The translations under genes and the position numbers were made by a program. Shown piece by piece: positions 17,231 through 28,229 of a stretch of 64,000 nucleotides of DNA (positions are counted from its first letter, which is position 1; each line of letters starts with the position of its first letter). Below the pieces are notes generated by a model that was not told where the DNA came from, ran no database searches, and saw only the letters and a list, made by a program, of their open reading frames with translations. The DNA lies in NCBI GenBank assembly GCA_050309605.1, contig JBNRMN010000082.1, forward strand, positions 1 to 64,000. The letters are read 5' to 3'. The DNA is from Anaerohalosphaeraceae bacterium. GTDB lineage: Bacteria > Planctomycetota > Phycisphaerae > Sedimentisphaerales > Anaerohalosphaeraceae.

Positions 17231-18405
17231 ACGGTTTGATGCTTTTGGTTATAAATAGGCTGGTAGAGATTGATTAAGGCGGTGCAATGGTTCTCAATGG
17301 AGACGGCCTGTGTCAGGCCGTCCTGCCGAATGGCCTCGGACATATGGAGCCGGTTTTCAGGCTGTGAAAGGGCGGTCAGGCCATGGACGAATGGTTCGAT
17401 GTGGTTCGGTTCATCGAGAATGATGCCATGTCGAAGGTGTTGATAAACCTCGGCCGCTCCGTTGTAACGGGTGGTCAAGACCGGTTTGGCCAATGCCAAT
17501 GCCTCAAGTATAAACCGCGAGCACGGGTCATAATAGGTGGGCAGTACGGCCGCGTCGCAGATGGCTAAATAGTTTTCAACGGCGTCGGTGTAACCGGCGA
17601 AATACACATCGCTGTCAATATGAAGCCTGGCGGCAAGGCGTCGAAAAGGACGCTGTTTGCCGGAGCCGACAACGATCAGCACGAGCCGATGAGAAGGCAT
17701 CCGCCGTTTGAAGACGCTCATAGCGTTCAGCAGGTCGTGCAGTCCTTTCAGGCGGAAATTATTGGCGGCAAACAGCAGCACGGTGGCCTGTGATCGGTCT
17801 GCCTGCAGCGCCGAAATAACCTGCTGCTCGCAATGGCCGGCCTGATCCGAGTCGATTGGCAAGGGGATCTTGACGCCGCCGGGCGTCAGGGCAATACGCT
17901 GATCGGGCAGATGATAGTGCATTTGAAACTGTCTCTTGACGTAATCCGACAGCGCAGCGATAAGGACCGTGCTCCCGCAGCAGAGATGCCGCTCAGCCCG
18001 TATATATTGCCTGCGTCTGGAATTGGCAAGACCGGTGGCGCGTTTGAACAGCGAGGCCATCGGATTCGCATAGGCCGCGGCGCTGCGCAGAGCGGCTTGG
18101 GCATACGAGCCGCCGCGGGGCTGATAGAGATCGGCCCCGTCGAATGGCAGAGTGCTGTGAATGATGTCGTAATCGGCGGCTTTCAGATGCGCCTCGAGGG
18201 CGGCTCGATATTGGGAAAACGGCACACGTTCTCGTGATTGGTGGCCGCACAGAGCCGTGACACCTGGAGCCGCAGCGGGTGCGACAGAGGCCAGGATAGT
18301 CGTCCGATGCCCCATGGCCTCAAGCTGCTCGGCAATTTGACAGACCGAACGCTCTGCGCCGCCGAGGGCGATGTCAAAACGCTCAACGATCAGGGCAATG
18401 TTCAT
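17227..18405 (-). CDS. Glycosyltransferase family 4 (WaaG/RfaG-like)
   Basis: GGAER, ANNFRLKG, LPTYYDPCSRFILEALA. Confidence 0.88.
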   Translation of the reverse strand: MNIALIVERFDIALGGAERSVCQIAEQLEAMGHRTTILASVAPAAAPGVTALCGHQSRERVPFSQYRAALEAHLKAADYDIIHSTLPFDGADLYQPRGGSYAQAALRSAAAYANPMASLFKRATGLANSRRRQYIRAERHLCCGSTVLIAALSDYVKRQFQMHYHLPDQRIALTPGGVKIPLPIDSDQAGHCEQQVISALQADRSQATVLLFAANNFRLKGLHDLLNAMSVFKRRMPSHRLVLIVVGSGKQRPFRRLAARLHIDSDVYFAGYTDAVENYLAICDAAVLPTYYDPCSRFILEALALAKPVLTTRYNGAAEVYQHLRHGIILDEPNHIEPFVHGLTALSQPENRLHMSEAIRQDGLTQAVSIENHCTALINLYQPIYNQKHQTV

Positions 18406-18560
18406 TTTTACTCTATCCGGCCAGGTCGTGTTTGCATAGACCATTCACATTAGATTTTCAAGACAGGGTTTATTGGAAAAGTACCCGAAAATTAGCCAAT
18501 ATCACACGTTAACGCAAGTGAAAAATCCCGGTTTCACCGCTTTTTAGGGTCAAGGAATTG

Positions 18561-18589
18561 TTGACTTTTCAAGGGGATTGGGGTATATT
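18561..18589 (+). promoter_or_regulatory. sigma70-like promoter for gyrA-holA
   Basis: TTGACT-N17-TATATT, about 190 bp upstream of the ATG. Confidence 0.55.
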
Positions 18590-18776
18590 TTGATATTCTG
18601 TACTTTGCTGGAAAGCGCCGGCAGACTGCCGGCAGAAGCAGCCTCTTGGGTTAATGTTTTCTGACACGGCGGTGTGTGCGCGGCGGCCCCCGGATGATGG
18701 CAATATGGCGGGTTTTCCCCATCGAGAGGCAATCGCGCAAAGGAAAGAGCCGACCCTATCAAGAGAGAGATAATTT

Positions 18777-21335
18777 ATGGATGAAGAAAAGATAGAATCT
18801 CGACCGGAACGTTTCGAGGAGATGCAAATCCTTGACGAGCTGAAGAATTCATATCTGAACTACGCAATGAGCGTGATTGTGGCCCGTGCGCTGCCGGATG
18901 TGCGAGACGGCCTGAAACCTTCACAGCGTCGAATCTTAGTGGCGATGAATGACCTGAATCTCGGGCCGCGTTCCAAACATCGAAAGTGTGCCAAGATCGT
19001 CGGTGACACCGGCGGTAACTATCACCCGCACGGCGATCAGGCCACGTACGGCACATTGGTGCGGTTGGGGCAGACTTGGAATATGCGGGTACCGCTGGTC
19101 GATCCGCAGGGCAACTTCGGCAGTATTGACGCCGATCCGCCGGCGGCGATGCGTTATACTGAAGCCCGGATGACGCAGGCCGCGATGGATATGCTCGAAG
19201 ACCTGAAGCTGGATACGGTCGATTTTGTGCCGAACTACGACGAAACACGGCAGGAGCCGACGGTGCTGCCGGCCAAGTTTCCGAATCTGCTGGTCAACGG
19301 CGCCAGCGGCATCGCCGTGGGTATGGCGACGAATCTGCCGCCGCACAATGTCGGCGAGGTATGCGATGCCCTGCTGCTGATGATTGACGATCCGGAGTGC
19401 GGGTTTAAGGATATTCTTGAAAAACTGCCCGGGCCGGATTTCCCCACCGGCGGCATCATTTGCGGACGAAAGGGCATTCTGGACGCCTATGTAACCGGAC
19501 GCGGCCATCTGAGAGTTCGCGCCAAGGTGCATATTGAAACCACCAAACGCGGTCGCGAATCCATCATTGTGACGGAAATCCCGTATATGGTGGTCAAGAC
19601 CAATATCGTTTCCAAGATCGCCGATTGTGTTAAAGACGGCGTCATTGAAGAGATTTCGGACATTCGGGACGAGTCCGACCGCAAAGGACTGCGGATCGTT
19701 GTTGAGTTAAAGAAAGATGTTGACAGCAACGTCGTCCTGAACAAGCTCTATCGCTACACACCGCTGCAAACGACGTTTGCGGTCAATAATGTCGCGCTGG
19801 TCAACAATCGCCCGGAAACGCTCAATATACGCCAGATGCTCAAGCTGTACATCAGCCATCGGCTCAATGTCATTCGCCGGCGGACGCGGTTTTTGCTGCG
19901 CAAATGCCTGAATCGCGCTCACATTCTTGAAGGATTGATTCTGGCGGTTAGTGATATTGATGAAATCATCGCGCTGATCAAGGCCTCACCGGACGCCCCG
20001 ACCGCGAAAGAACGGCTGATGGCCAAACCGCTGCGGTTGATTGAGGTGGAAACGCTTCGCAAGCTGCTGCCGGCTTCCTTTGTCGATCAGCGGACGCAGA
20101 CTGATCAATTCCTGACCGCTCCGCAGGCGGATGCGATTTTGACGATGCAGCTTCAGCGATTGACCGGCCTGGAAATTGAAAAGCTGGCTAAAGAATACGC
20201 CGAGTTATCCGAGAAAATAGCCGATTATGAAGCGCTGCTGGCCAATCGCGACCTGCAGCTTGATGTCATTCGCGAAGACCTGCATGAGATCAAGGACAAG
20301 TACAAAAGTCCCCGTCGAACCGAAATCATCCAGGACGAGGCCGATACCTTTGAGATTGAAGACCTGATCGCCGAAGAAGAAACGCTGGTGATGATTACGC
20401 ACGGCGGCTACATCAAGCGAACGCCGCTGGACACCTATCGCAAGCAGGGACGCGGCGGCAGGGGCGTCATCGGCTCGGAAACCAAAGAAGGCGATTTTCT
20501 GGAACATTTATTCGTCGCCTCGACGCACGATTTTCTATTGGTCTTTACCAGCCGGGGGGTGTGCCACTGGCTGAAGGTCTATAATATTCCCGAAATGAGC
20601 CGCCAAAGCAAAGGGCGAAATATTGTCAACTTGCTGAGCCTGCCGCCGGATGAAAAGGTGATGTCGATTATTAACGTGCGGGAATTCGATGACGCGCATT
20701 ACTTGATGACGGCGACCAAAAACGGTATTGTGAAAAAGACGGTGCTCAGTGCGTACGGGCATCCGCGCAGTAATGGTCTGATCGCCCTGAAGCTGGATGA
20801 AAACGATGTTCTGATCGGTGCGGCCATCACCAGCGGAGCGGATGAAATCATCCTTGGGACACAGGACGGCATGGCGATTCGTTTTCACGAGTCCAATGTG
20901 CGGCCGATGGGGCGTGTCAGTATGGGAGTACGCGGCATCAAACTGCGCGACGGCGATGAGGTCGTCGATATGGTCATCGTCGAGCCGGGTGCGTCGCTGC
21001 TGACGATGTGCGAACGGGGATTCGGCAAACGCACAGTACTGGACGATTATCGTGTGCAAAGCCGCGGCGGCATCGGTCTGATCAATATCAAAGTGACCGA
21101 ACGAAACGGAAAAGTCGTTGCGCTCAAGGCGGTTCGGGACGACGACGAAGTGATGATGATTACCGCTAACGGAATGATTGTTCGCACCGGTCTGGAGGAG
21201 GTGCGTACCATTGGCCGCAACACCGCCGGGGTACGAATGATTTCACTGAAAGACGGCGATAAGCTGGTGGCGGTGGCCCGACTGCTGGTCGAAGGCGTGG
21301 ACGAAGACGAAACATCGAATTCGGAGAACACATAA
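18777..21335 (+). CDS. gyrA: DNA gyrase subunit A
   Basis: [34 protein letters not shown], GyrA-box QGRGGRG, beta-pinwheel repeats. Confidence 0.97.
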   Translation: MDEEKIESRPERFEEMQILDELKNSYLNYAMSVIVARALPDVRDGLKPSQRRILVAMNDLNLGPRSKHRKCAKIVGDTGGNYHPHGDQATYGTLVRLGQTWNMRVPLVDPQGNFGSIDADPPAAMRYTEARMTQAAMDMLEDLKLDTVDFVPNYDETRQEPTVLPAKFPNLLVNGASGIAVGMATNLPPHNVGEVCDALLLMIDDPECGFKDILEKLPGPDFPTGGIICGRKGILDAYVTGRGHLRVRAKVHIETTKRGRESIIVTEIPYMVVKTNIVSKIADCVKDGVIEEISDIRDESDRKGLRIVVELKKDVDSNVVLNKLYRYTPLQTTFAVNNVALVNNRPETLNIRQMLKLYISHRLNVIRRRTRFLLRKCLNRAHILEGLILAVSDIDEIIALIKASPDAPTAKERLMAKPLRLIEVETLRKLLPASFVDQRTQTDQFLTAPQADAILTMQLQRLTGLEIEKLAKEYAELSEKIADYEALLANRDLQLDVIREDLHEIKDKYKSPRRTEIIQDEADTFEIEDLIAEEETLVMITHGGYIKRTPLDTYRKQGRGGRGVIGSETKEGDFLEHLFVASTHDFLLVFTSRGVCHWLKVYNIPEMSRQSKGRNIVNLLSLPPDEKVMSIINVREFDDAHYLMTATKNGIVKKTVLSAYGHPRSNGLIALKLDENDVLIGAAITSGADEIILGTQDGMAIRFHESNVRPMGRVSMGVRGIKLRDGDEVVDMVIVEPGASLLTMCERGFGKRTVLDDYRVQSRGGIGLINIKVTERNGKVVALKAVRDDDEVMMITANGMIVRTGLEEVRTIGRNTAGVRMISLKDGDKLVAVARLLVEGVDEDETSNSENT

Positions 21336-21350
21336 CAGACGGTGCTGCGC

Positions 21351-22373
21351 ATGGCGAAACGAACGTCCTCATCTAAAACACCGGAAAAGACGACGCCTCC
21401 GGTGTGTGTGGTGTTCGGCGAGGATCCCTTTTTGGTTGCCAAGGAAGCGGAAAGGCAGCTCGATGTGCTGCTTGATGAGGAAGAACGGATGACGGCTTTG
21501 TCCGAGCCGAAAGCTGCCGACGTGCAGATTGCCGATGTGTTGGATGAATTGCGGACGGTTCCGTTTTTGGCGTCGCGGCGGGTGGTTCTGATTAAAGATG
21601 CCGAGCCGTTTATAAAAAATTACAGCTCACAGCTTGAGGCATATCTCGAATCCCCCAGCCCAACCGGCGTTTTGCTGATGACGATGGCCGGTCTGGACAA
21701 ACGCACGCGATTTTCCAAGATCCTTAAAAAAATCGGCGGGGCGGTAGAGGTTGCGTCCCTGAGATCTTCTGACTTGCCGCGATACGTAACGGCCTATGCC
21801 CATCAGGAACACGGCATCACGCTGGATGTGCGTTCCAGCCGGCTGTTGGTGGAATTGACCGGTGACGACCCCGGCCGCCTATGCCGTGAGATGGACAAGC
21901 TGGCGCTGTATGTCGCGCCTCGAAAAACAGTAACTACGGACGATATTGAGCAGCTCATCGGCCGCAACCGTATGTTCAATGCGTTTGAAGTCATCGACGG
22001 CATTACGCGGAACAATCCTGCACAGGCCCTGACGCGGCTGCAAAAAATGTTTGCCGCCGACCGCGAATCGCAGTATCGCGTTGTCGGGGCGTTCGGCTAT
22101 CATTTTCGCAAGCTCTTTTCGGCTCGCGCTCTGATGGCCAAAGGGATGAACCCCCAGCAGGCGATGCAAAAGGCCGGTGTTTTTTGGGCGCAAAAAGAGG
22201 CGTTTTCCGCTCAGCTTTCTCGACTCACGCTCGAAGAAATGGCGTGGGTCCTGGCCGAGCTGGGGCGGATTGATCACGACATCAAGACCGGGCGTACGAC
22301 GGCGCCGGTAGCCATGGAGCGTCTGGCGATTCATTTGTTCGAAATGCAGCAAAAATCCGGCTCACGTCGATAA
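21351..22373 (+). CDS. holA: DNA polymerase III subunit delta
   Basis: FGEDPFL, LRTVPFLASRRVV, EMDKLALY, DHDIKTG; length about 340 aa. Confidence 0.88.
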   Translation: MAKRTSSSKTPEKTTPPVCVVFGEDPFLVAKEAERQLDVLLDEEERMTALSEPKAADVQIADVLDELRTVPFLASRRVVLIKDAEPFIKNYSSQLEAYLESPSPTGVLLMTMAGLDKRTRFSKILKKIGGAVEVASLRSSDLPRYVTAYAHQEHGITLDVRSSRLLVELTGDDPGRLCREMDKLALYVAPRKTVTTDDIEQLIGRNRMFNAFEVIDGITRNNPAQALTRLQKMFAADRESQYRVVGAFGYHFRKLFSARALMAKGMNPQQAMQKAGVFWAQKEAFSAQLSRLTLEEMAWVLAELGRIDHDIKTGRTTAPVAMERLAIHLFEMQQKSGSRR

Positions 22374-22488
22374 TTGTGTTGAAAATATCTCATGTCCTGT
22401 TATATTTCTTATGCTTATACGTTAAAAAGCATTATTTATAGTGTTACACGGCAACAGGACATAGTGAACCATATAATAGAGGTTTGAA

Positions 22489-23346
22489 TTGGCGTACCGA
22501 ATTATAAATAAAAGTCAACTTTCAGAACATGTGTTCCGGATCGACGTAGTAGCGCCGTTGGTTGCTCAGGCACGCAAGGCCGGGCAGTTTGTGATTGTTT
22601 CGCCGGAGGCCGAGGGCGGCGAACGGATTCCGCTGACCATCGCCGGTGCGGACCGAGAAAAAGGAACCATTCGGCTGATCTTTCAGCGAGTGGGCAAAAC
22701 GACCGCCCAAATGGCTGAAATTCCCGAAGGCGGGACGCTGGGCTATGTGGCCGGGCCGTTGGGGCGTCCGACGCATATCGAAAAGTTTGGTACGGTCGTT
22801 TGTGTCGGCGGGGGGATCGGCGTTGCGCCGCTGCTGCCGATTGCCGAGGCGATGAGGGAAGCCGGCAATGCGATTATTTCAATTCTGGGGGCACGAACAA
22901 AAGAATTACTGATTCTTGAAGAGGAATTCACGTCACTCAGCGACGAGACCGTTATTGTAACCGATGACGGCTCATACGGACGCAAGGCCCTGGTGACCGA
23001 GCCGCTCCAGGGGGTCTGTGCGCGGCGTCCAAAGCCCGATTTGGCGGTGGCGATCGGCCCGGCGATTATGATGAAATTCTGTTGCGAAATGACCCGCCGG
23101 TACAGCGTGCCGACGCAGGTATCGCTCAACACGATCATGGTGGACGGAACGGGAATGTGCGGCGGCTGCCGCGTAGAGGTCGGCGGGCAGACGCGGTTTG
23201 TTTGCGTTGACGGGCCGGAGTTCGACGGCCATCAGGTCAACTTTGATTTGATGATGCGCCGGATGGACGCCTACAAAGACCTCGAAAAACGTGCTTTGCA
23301 ACAGTATAAAGACCACCAATGTAAAATCGGACTGGATCAAAAGTAA
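22489..23346 (+). CDS. nfnA: NfnA-type (PyrK/SudB-like) FAD/NAD-binding [2Fe-2S] subunit
   Basis: AGQFVI, ERIPLTI, GPLG, GGGIGVAP, IGPAIMMK, MVDGTGMCGGCRV, CVDGPEFDG; TTG start. Confidence 0.85.
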   Translation: MAYRIINKSQLSEHVFRIDVVAPLVAQARKAGQFVIVSPEAEGGERIPLTIAGADREKGTIRLIFQRVGKTTAQMAEIPEGGTLGYVAGPLGRPTHIEKFGTVVCVGGGIGVAPLLPIAEAMREAGNAIISILGARTKELLILEEEFTSLSDETVIVTDDGSYGRKALVTEPLQGVCARRPKPDLAVAIGPAIMMKFCCEMTRRYSVPTQVSLNTIMVDGTGMCGGCRVEVGGQTRFVCVDGPEFDGHQVNFDLMMRRMDAYKDLEKRALQQYKDHQCKIGLDQK

Positions 23347-23374
23347 CTATGCGACTTATCCTGTTGATATCGAT

Positions 23375-24841
23375 ATGAATGAACAAGAAAAATACTTACA
23401 GGAATTGTTGACCAAACAGGCCCAGGGTCAGTTAAAACCCAAAGATCGTTATGCGATTAAGCCGCAGGACATGCCGGCTCAGGACGCCGTGAAGCGGCGT
23501 CATACCATGACGGAAGTAGCGCTGGGCTATACCGAAACGCAGGCACGGCTGGAGGCCATGCGCTGTCTGCAATGTGCCAATGCCCCTTGTGTAGAAGGGT
23601 GTCCGGTGCGAATTCGGATTCGGGATTTTATTGTTGAAATCACAAAGGGGCATTATGACAGGGCACTGGAAATCATCAAGGAAAACTCACTGCTGCCGGC
23701 GGTGTGCGGGCGTGTCTGTCCACAGGAAGTGCAGTGTCAGGAACGCTGCACCGTCGGCAAAAAGTTCAAAGATGTGAATATGAGCGTTTCCATCGGACGT
23801 TTGGAGCGGTATGCAGCCGATCTGGCGCATGGCGGCGGACAGACGCCGGCTGTTGCCCCGCCGACCGGCAAAAAAGTGGCGGTTATCGGTTCCGGACCAG
23901 GCGGGATTGTGGTCGCCGCCGATACCCGTCGAGCCGGACATGAGGTAACGCTGTTTGAGGCGTTTCACAAGCCCGGCGGCGTGATGGTCTATGGCATTCC
24001 CGAATTTCGTCTGCCCAAGGCGATTGTGCAGGAAGAGATCGATGTCCTGAAAAAGATGGACGTCAACATTGTCTGCAACTTCATTGTCGGGCGGACCCGC
24101 ACCATCGAACAGTTGATGAAGGAGGATGGTTTTGACGCGGTCTATGTCGGCGTCGGGGCGGGCCTGCCGAAATTTATGGGCATTGAAGGCGAGCATCTGG
24201 TCGGCGTCTATAGCGCCAACGAGTATTTGACGCGGGCCAATCTGATGAAGGCGTATGAATTCGGCAAAGGCGCCGATACGCCGATTGCGGTCAGCAAAAA
24301 GGTCGCGGTACTCGGCGGCGGTAATGTGGCGATGGATGCGGCGCGAATGGCCGTGCGGCTGGGCGCCGAGAAGGTGTCTCTGGTGTATCGTCGCAGTGAG
24401 ACCGAGATGCCGGCCCGTATCGAAGAAGTCCACCACGCTAAAGAAGAAGGCGTCATTTTCTGCACGCTGCAAAACCCCAAACGCATTCTTGGCAACGACG
24501 CCGGTCAGGTGGTCGGGATGGAATGCCTGCGATATGAGCTGGGCGAACCGGACGAGTCCGGTCGGCGCCGGCCCGTGGCCATCGGAGGCAGTGAGTTTGT
24601 CATGGATGTCGATACCGTCATTGTGGCCATCGGCAACGGAGCCAATCCGCTGATTCAGCAGACCACGTCGGGGCTGGAATTTAATCAGTGGGGCAATATC
24701 GTCGTCGATGAGAACTGCCGCACTTCAATGAAGGGCGTCTATGCCGGCGGCGACATCGTCCTTGGCGCTGCAACGGTGATTCTGGCCATGGGGCAGGGCC
24801 GCATCGCGGCACAAGCCATCAACATCGATTTAGCGAAATAA
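23375..24841 (+). CDS. nfnB: NfnB-type (GltD/SudA-like) flavo-iron-sulfur subunit
   Basis: RCLQC..CVEGCPV, CGRVCPQEVQC, YGIPEFRLPK, GGGNVAMDAAR, AGGDIVLGAATVILAM; adjacent to nfnA, no gltB nearby. Confidence 0.85.
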   Translation: MNEQEKYLQELLTKQAQGQLKPKDRYAIKPQDMPAQDAVKRRHTMTEVALGYTETQARLEAMRCLQCANAPCVEGCPVRIRIRDFIVEITKGHYDRALEIIKENSLLPAVCGRVCPQEVQCQERCTVGKKFKDVNMSVSIGRLERYAADLAHGGGQTPAVAPPTGKKVAVIGSGPGGIVVAADTRRAGHEVTLFEAFHKPGGVMVYGIPEFRLPKAIVQEEIDVLKKMDVNIVCNFIVGRTRTIEQLMKEDGFDAVYVGVGAGLPKFMGIEGEHLVGVYSANEYLTRANLMKAYEFGKGADTPIAVSKKVAVLGGGNVAMDAARMAVRLGAEKVSLVYRRSETEMPARIEEVHHAKEEGVIFCTLQNPKRILGNDAGQVVGMECLRYELGEPDESGRRRPVAIGGSEFVMDVDTVIVAIGNGANPLIQQTTSGLEFNQWGNIVVDENCRTSMKGVYAGGDIVLGAATVILAMGQGRIAAQAINIDLAK

Positions 24842-24904
24842 AGACAACGCTTAAGGCTAACATCCATAGCAAGCCCTGTCGGTCGGCTTCGTGTTGAACG
24901 ATTG

Positions 24905-26926
24905 TTATGTGTTGTGGATAAGCTGCCAGGCTCGCAGGACCTCGGCGACGCTCCAGGCTTGGGCAAATGCGCCTCGCGGCTTGTGCGGCGGGTCGCCTTC
25001 AAAGATTTCGGAGATCGATCCGATACAGGCTTCCTCTTCAAGGTGTCGCAGCAGCGGCGCCAGCCAGGTGCGACACCTGCGTTTGGCCTCGTCGCTGAAG
25101 TCATTGACCTTTAAGTAGGCCTCAATGAACGGTCCGATCAGCCACGCCCAGACGGTCCCCTGATGATACGCCGCGTCGCGCTGTCCCTGATGGCCGAAAT
25201 AGTGCCCTTTATACCGTGGATCGATCGGCGCCAGTGTTCTTAATCCGCGCGACGTGAGCAGTTCCCATTGCACGGCGTCCACTACGTTTTGCTGCTTGGG
25301 TCTGTCCAGCGGGCAGTACGGCAGCGAAACCGCCAAAATCTGGTTGGGACGTAGGCTCGCATCAGCCGTTCCGTTCGGCAGGACACAGTCGTTCAGATAG
25401 CCGACTTGTCCGTTCCAGAACACACGATTAAAACTCTCGGCCACCTGCTCGGCCAGCTCGGCGTAAAAACGGGCGTTTTCGGCCTGTCGATTTTTATAGT
25501 ATTTGGCCAGATGACACAGGGCATTATACCACAGGGCGTTGACTTCGACCGCTTTGCCGTGTCGCGGCGTAAAGCAGATGCCGTCGAATTTGGCGTCCAT
25601 CCAGGTCAGTTGCGTGTGAGCGTCGCCGCCGGTGACCAGTTTATCGCTGTCGGTATGGATACCAAACCGCGTGCCGCGACGGTAAGATTCGACAATCCAC
25701 TTGACGGCGGGCAGAAGCGTTTTGGAAAAACGTCTGACATTGCCGGTTTCCTTGAGCCACGCAAACGCCGCGTGGATAAACCACAGTGATGCATCAATGC
25801 TGTTGTAATGCGGCTCATTGCCGTAGTCGTCGAAACGATTGGGGATCATTCCTTCGCTGACAGCGCCGGCGAACGTCTTAAGCACACCCCAGGCCGTCTC
25901 GGTTCGACCGGTGCACAGACATAATCCTTCCAGCGCGATAAAGGTATCCCGTCCCCAATCCAGAAACCACGGGTAACCGGCGATGATGGTCGGCGCGGTC
26001 TCGTTGTGAATGACACGTTCGGTAACAAACTGGCCCGCAGCCGAAAACAGATGCCGACTGACGGTATCGTGCGGATCACAGACCGCCAGCAATTCCTTTT
26101 CACGCAGACGCAGTGCGTCAACGGCGACGTCAATATCCAGCGCTTCCAGTTCGGCGGCGCTGACTTGATCCGTTAAGGCCGCCCAAAGGACAAGGCGCCT
26201 CGGCCCGCTGATTCGGGCGGTATAGACCCCCGGCGACCACAAATCTTCATAACAGTCCTGTCCCCGAAAACGTTCCGTGCGATACAAAAACCGATACCAC
26301 CATTGCGGCTCGGCGGTATAGTCCATTCCCTCGCCGCGCAGCATCAACTTGCCGTTTTGTGCGTTGTCGGTTTCAATCACCACGTTACACGGATCGACGG
26401 TCACGCTCTTAAACGCGGCGGTATTGTTCTGAAGGCTGTGAAAATCGCGCAGCGCCGCAAACGGACGCACTGTCAATTCGAACCCCGCACAGACATCGCT
26501 GAATTCATAAACAACCGCCGCTGCATCGGAATCCGGCAGCAGATAAATCGATTTGGTCAGATTCGCAATGCCCAGTTCGTAATCGAAATGGACTCCGAGA
26601 TGTTTTCGAAAGGCGGTTTGATATTCATATCCGCGGGGATGAAGCGTACGGTCAAATTCAAATGTGCTCAGGGCAATGGTATTGTCGCTGCACGTAACGG
26701 TTTCCAGACAGTTGGACAAAGCGGCGATGCGATTGGCCGGCGGCAGGTGCGTTCCGACAAGCAGACCATGATAGCGACGGGTGTTGCAGCCGATTGCCGT
26801 GCCGCTTGCAAACCCCGCGCGACTATTAGTCAGGAGCCATTCTTTGGCCAGCAATTCATCTGCGCTGTAACGCGGCGTCAACACCGTCAGCGCATCCGAT
26901 TCGGTTCGATTGTTCGTTCGTTCCAT
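24905..26926 (-). CDS. Glycogen debranching enzyme (amylo-alpha-1,6-glucosidase, GH133-like)
   Basis: EWLLTN..TRRYHGLL, IIAGYPWF..WGRDTFI, QLTWMDA, VEVNALWYNAL, YHQGTVW, AQAWSVAE. Confidence 0.92.
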   Translation of the reverse strand: MERTNNRTESDALTVLTPRYSADELLAKEWLLTNSRAGFASGTAIGCNTRRYHGLLVGTHLPPANRIAALSNCLETVTCSDNTIALSTFEFDRTLHPRGYEYQTAFRKHLGVHFDYELGIANLTKSIYLLPDSDAAAVVYEFSDVCAGFELTVRPFAALRDFHSLQNNTAAFKSVTVDPCNVVIETDNAQNGKLMLRGEGMDYTAEPQWWYRFLYRTERFRGQDCYEDLWSPGVYTARISGPRRLVLWAALTDQVSAAELEALDIDVAVDALRLREKELLAVCDPHDTVSRHLFSAAGQFVTERVIHNETAPTIIAGYPWFLDWGRDTFIALEGLCLCTGRTETAWGVLKTFAGAVSEGMIPNRFDDYGNEPHYNSIDASLWFIHAAFAWLKETGNVRRFSKTLLPAVKWIVESYRRGTRFGIHTDSDKLVTGGDAHTQLTWMDAKFDGICFTPRHGKAVEVNALWYNALCHLAKYYKNRQAENARFYAELAEQVAESFNRVFWNGQVGYLNDCVLPNGTADASLRPNQILAVSLPYCPLDRPKQQNVVDAVQWELLTSRGLRTLAPIDPRYKGHYFGHQGQRDAAYHQGTVWAWLIGPFIEAYLKVNDFSDEAKRRCRTWLAPLLRHLEEEACIGSISEIFEGDPPHKPRGAFAQAWSVAEVLRAWQLIHNT

Positions 26927-26971
26927 AGGCGTTCCCTGCCTGACGGTGTTCCATCTCCCCCGAAGACGACG

Positions 26972-28192
26972 CTATGAGATGTGTTCTGCCGGCTGCCGGG
27001 GGCTGCTGATGAACGACTGACCGCACCGTTCTTTCAAATTGTTCAGTACGTTCATAAAGTTAATGTACGAGTCATAAGGCGATTCGTAGGGATTGAAGTA
27101 TTTATGCACATCGCCGTCCGAGAAGTACTTGGTGCACATATAGTAAAAGTGATCCGAGGTCTGAAGTTTTCGCCAATCATCAAGGAGTTCCTGATTGCAG
27201 GTTTGTTTGACGAGTTTTTCCAGTTTATATACCTCGTGAAGCGCATTGGACTGCATCGCGTTGCCCAGCCACGCCGACAGATCGCGTTCCATATCGGCCC
27301 AACTGATGATATGCGGCACATCAATCACATCAACCGGTTCAAAGGCGTCGATGACTTCGCTGGGGGTCTTAAAGTCATTGTCAGGGTGTTTAAGGATTTC
27401 TTCGGGCAGATGACGCATAAAATCAAATATGCCGGTGTCCTGCCACTGGTGCTCGCCGAAAGTTTCATAATCCATAAACAGATTGACGACCTGGCCGTTG
27501 CCGTTGACCTTATTGATCCAGCCGGCAAATTTATCGGCCATCAGCGGGTATTCCTTCCAGTTGCGATTGCCGAAGCGAAACGCGATATCGTCGCTGAGCG
27601 AGTAGTTTTTCAATAGCAGCCTCAAGCGGTTACAGCCGACCGGGCGATAGACAAAATTGCTGTTGCGATGGCCCAGAATATGGTCGGCGCCTTCAGTAAT
27701 AATGCCGTCAAACCGGTCAACCGATTCGATGATCTCGGCCAGCCGGTTATTGTAAATCAGCTCCGTGTTGCGAAAGACACGAACGTTTTGGCCGAACAGC
27801 CGTTCCATGGTGTCGGTATGTTTGTTGATTTGCTCAAGAAAATCGTCGCGCGAATACAGAAAGCTGAGGCTGTGGTAGTAGGTCTCGGCCAGAAACTCCA
27901 CACATCCCGTATCGGCCAAGGCATCAAAGGTACTCATCACCTCCGGACAGTATTTCTGAAATTGCTCGATGACCACGCCGGTCAGACTGAAGGCTATCCG
28001 AAACCGTCCCTCATTGCGTCGGATCACATCCAGCAGCAGCCGATTGGTCGGCAGGTAACATTTGTTGGCGACTTTGCGGCAGATCGACGCATTTTTGAAC
28101 TCGTCAAAATAACGCGGCGAACGATCAAAGACCGTATAATGCCGAAGCCGAAACGGTTGATGAACCTGGAAATAAAAACAAACCGACGCCAT
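26972..28192 (-). CDS. Glycoside hydrolase family 57 (alpha-amylase-like)
   Basis: YFQVHQP, ETYYHSL, FRNTELIY, SDDIAFRF, DYETFGEHQ, LQTSDHFYYM. Confidence 0.93.
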   Translation of the reverse strand: MASVCFYFQVHQPFRLRHYTVFDRSPRYFDEFKNASICRKVANKCYLPTNRLLLDVIRRNEGRFRIAFSLTGVVIEQFQKYCPEVMSTFDALADTGCVEFLAETYYHSLSFLYSRDDFLEQINKHTDTMERLFGQNVRVFRNTELIYNNRLAEIIESVDRFDGIITEGADHILGHRNSNFVYRPVGCNRLRLLLKNYSLSDDIAFRFGNRNWKEYPLMADKFAGWINKVNGNGQVVNLFMDYETFGEHQWQDTGIFDFMRHLPEEILKHPDNDFKTPSEVIDAFEPVDVIDVPHIISWADMERDLSAWLGNAMQSNALHEVYKLEKLVKQTCNQELLDDWRKLQTSDHFYYMCTKYFSDGDVHKYFNPYESPYDSYINFMNVLNNLKERCGQSFISSPRQPAEHIS

Positions 28193-28229
28193 AGCAGCAC
28201 CCTCAATTGTTCAAATCCGATTTTGTTAT

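Noticed and set aside
18617..18633. GCCGGCAGACTGCCGGC palindrome in the gyrA leader
   Set aside because: A single short GC-rich palindrome with no other copies noticed; chance is likely.
22374..22488. Rex operator upstream of nfnAB
   Set aside because: No adequate match to TTGTGAA-N4-TTCACAA.
23375..24841. Glutamate synthase small subunit gltD
   Set aside because: No large subunit nearby and it is paired with a PyrK-like gene, which fits NfnAB better.
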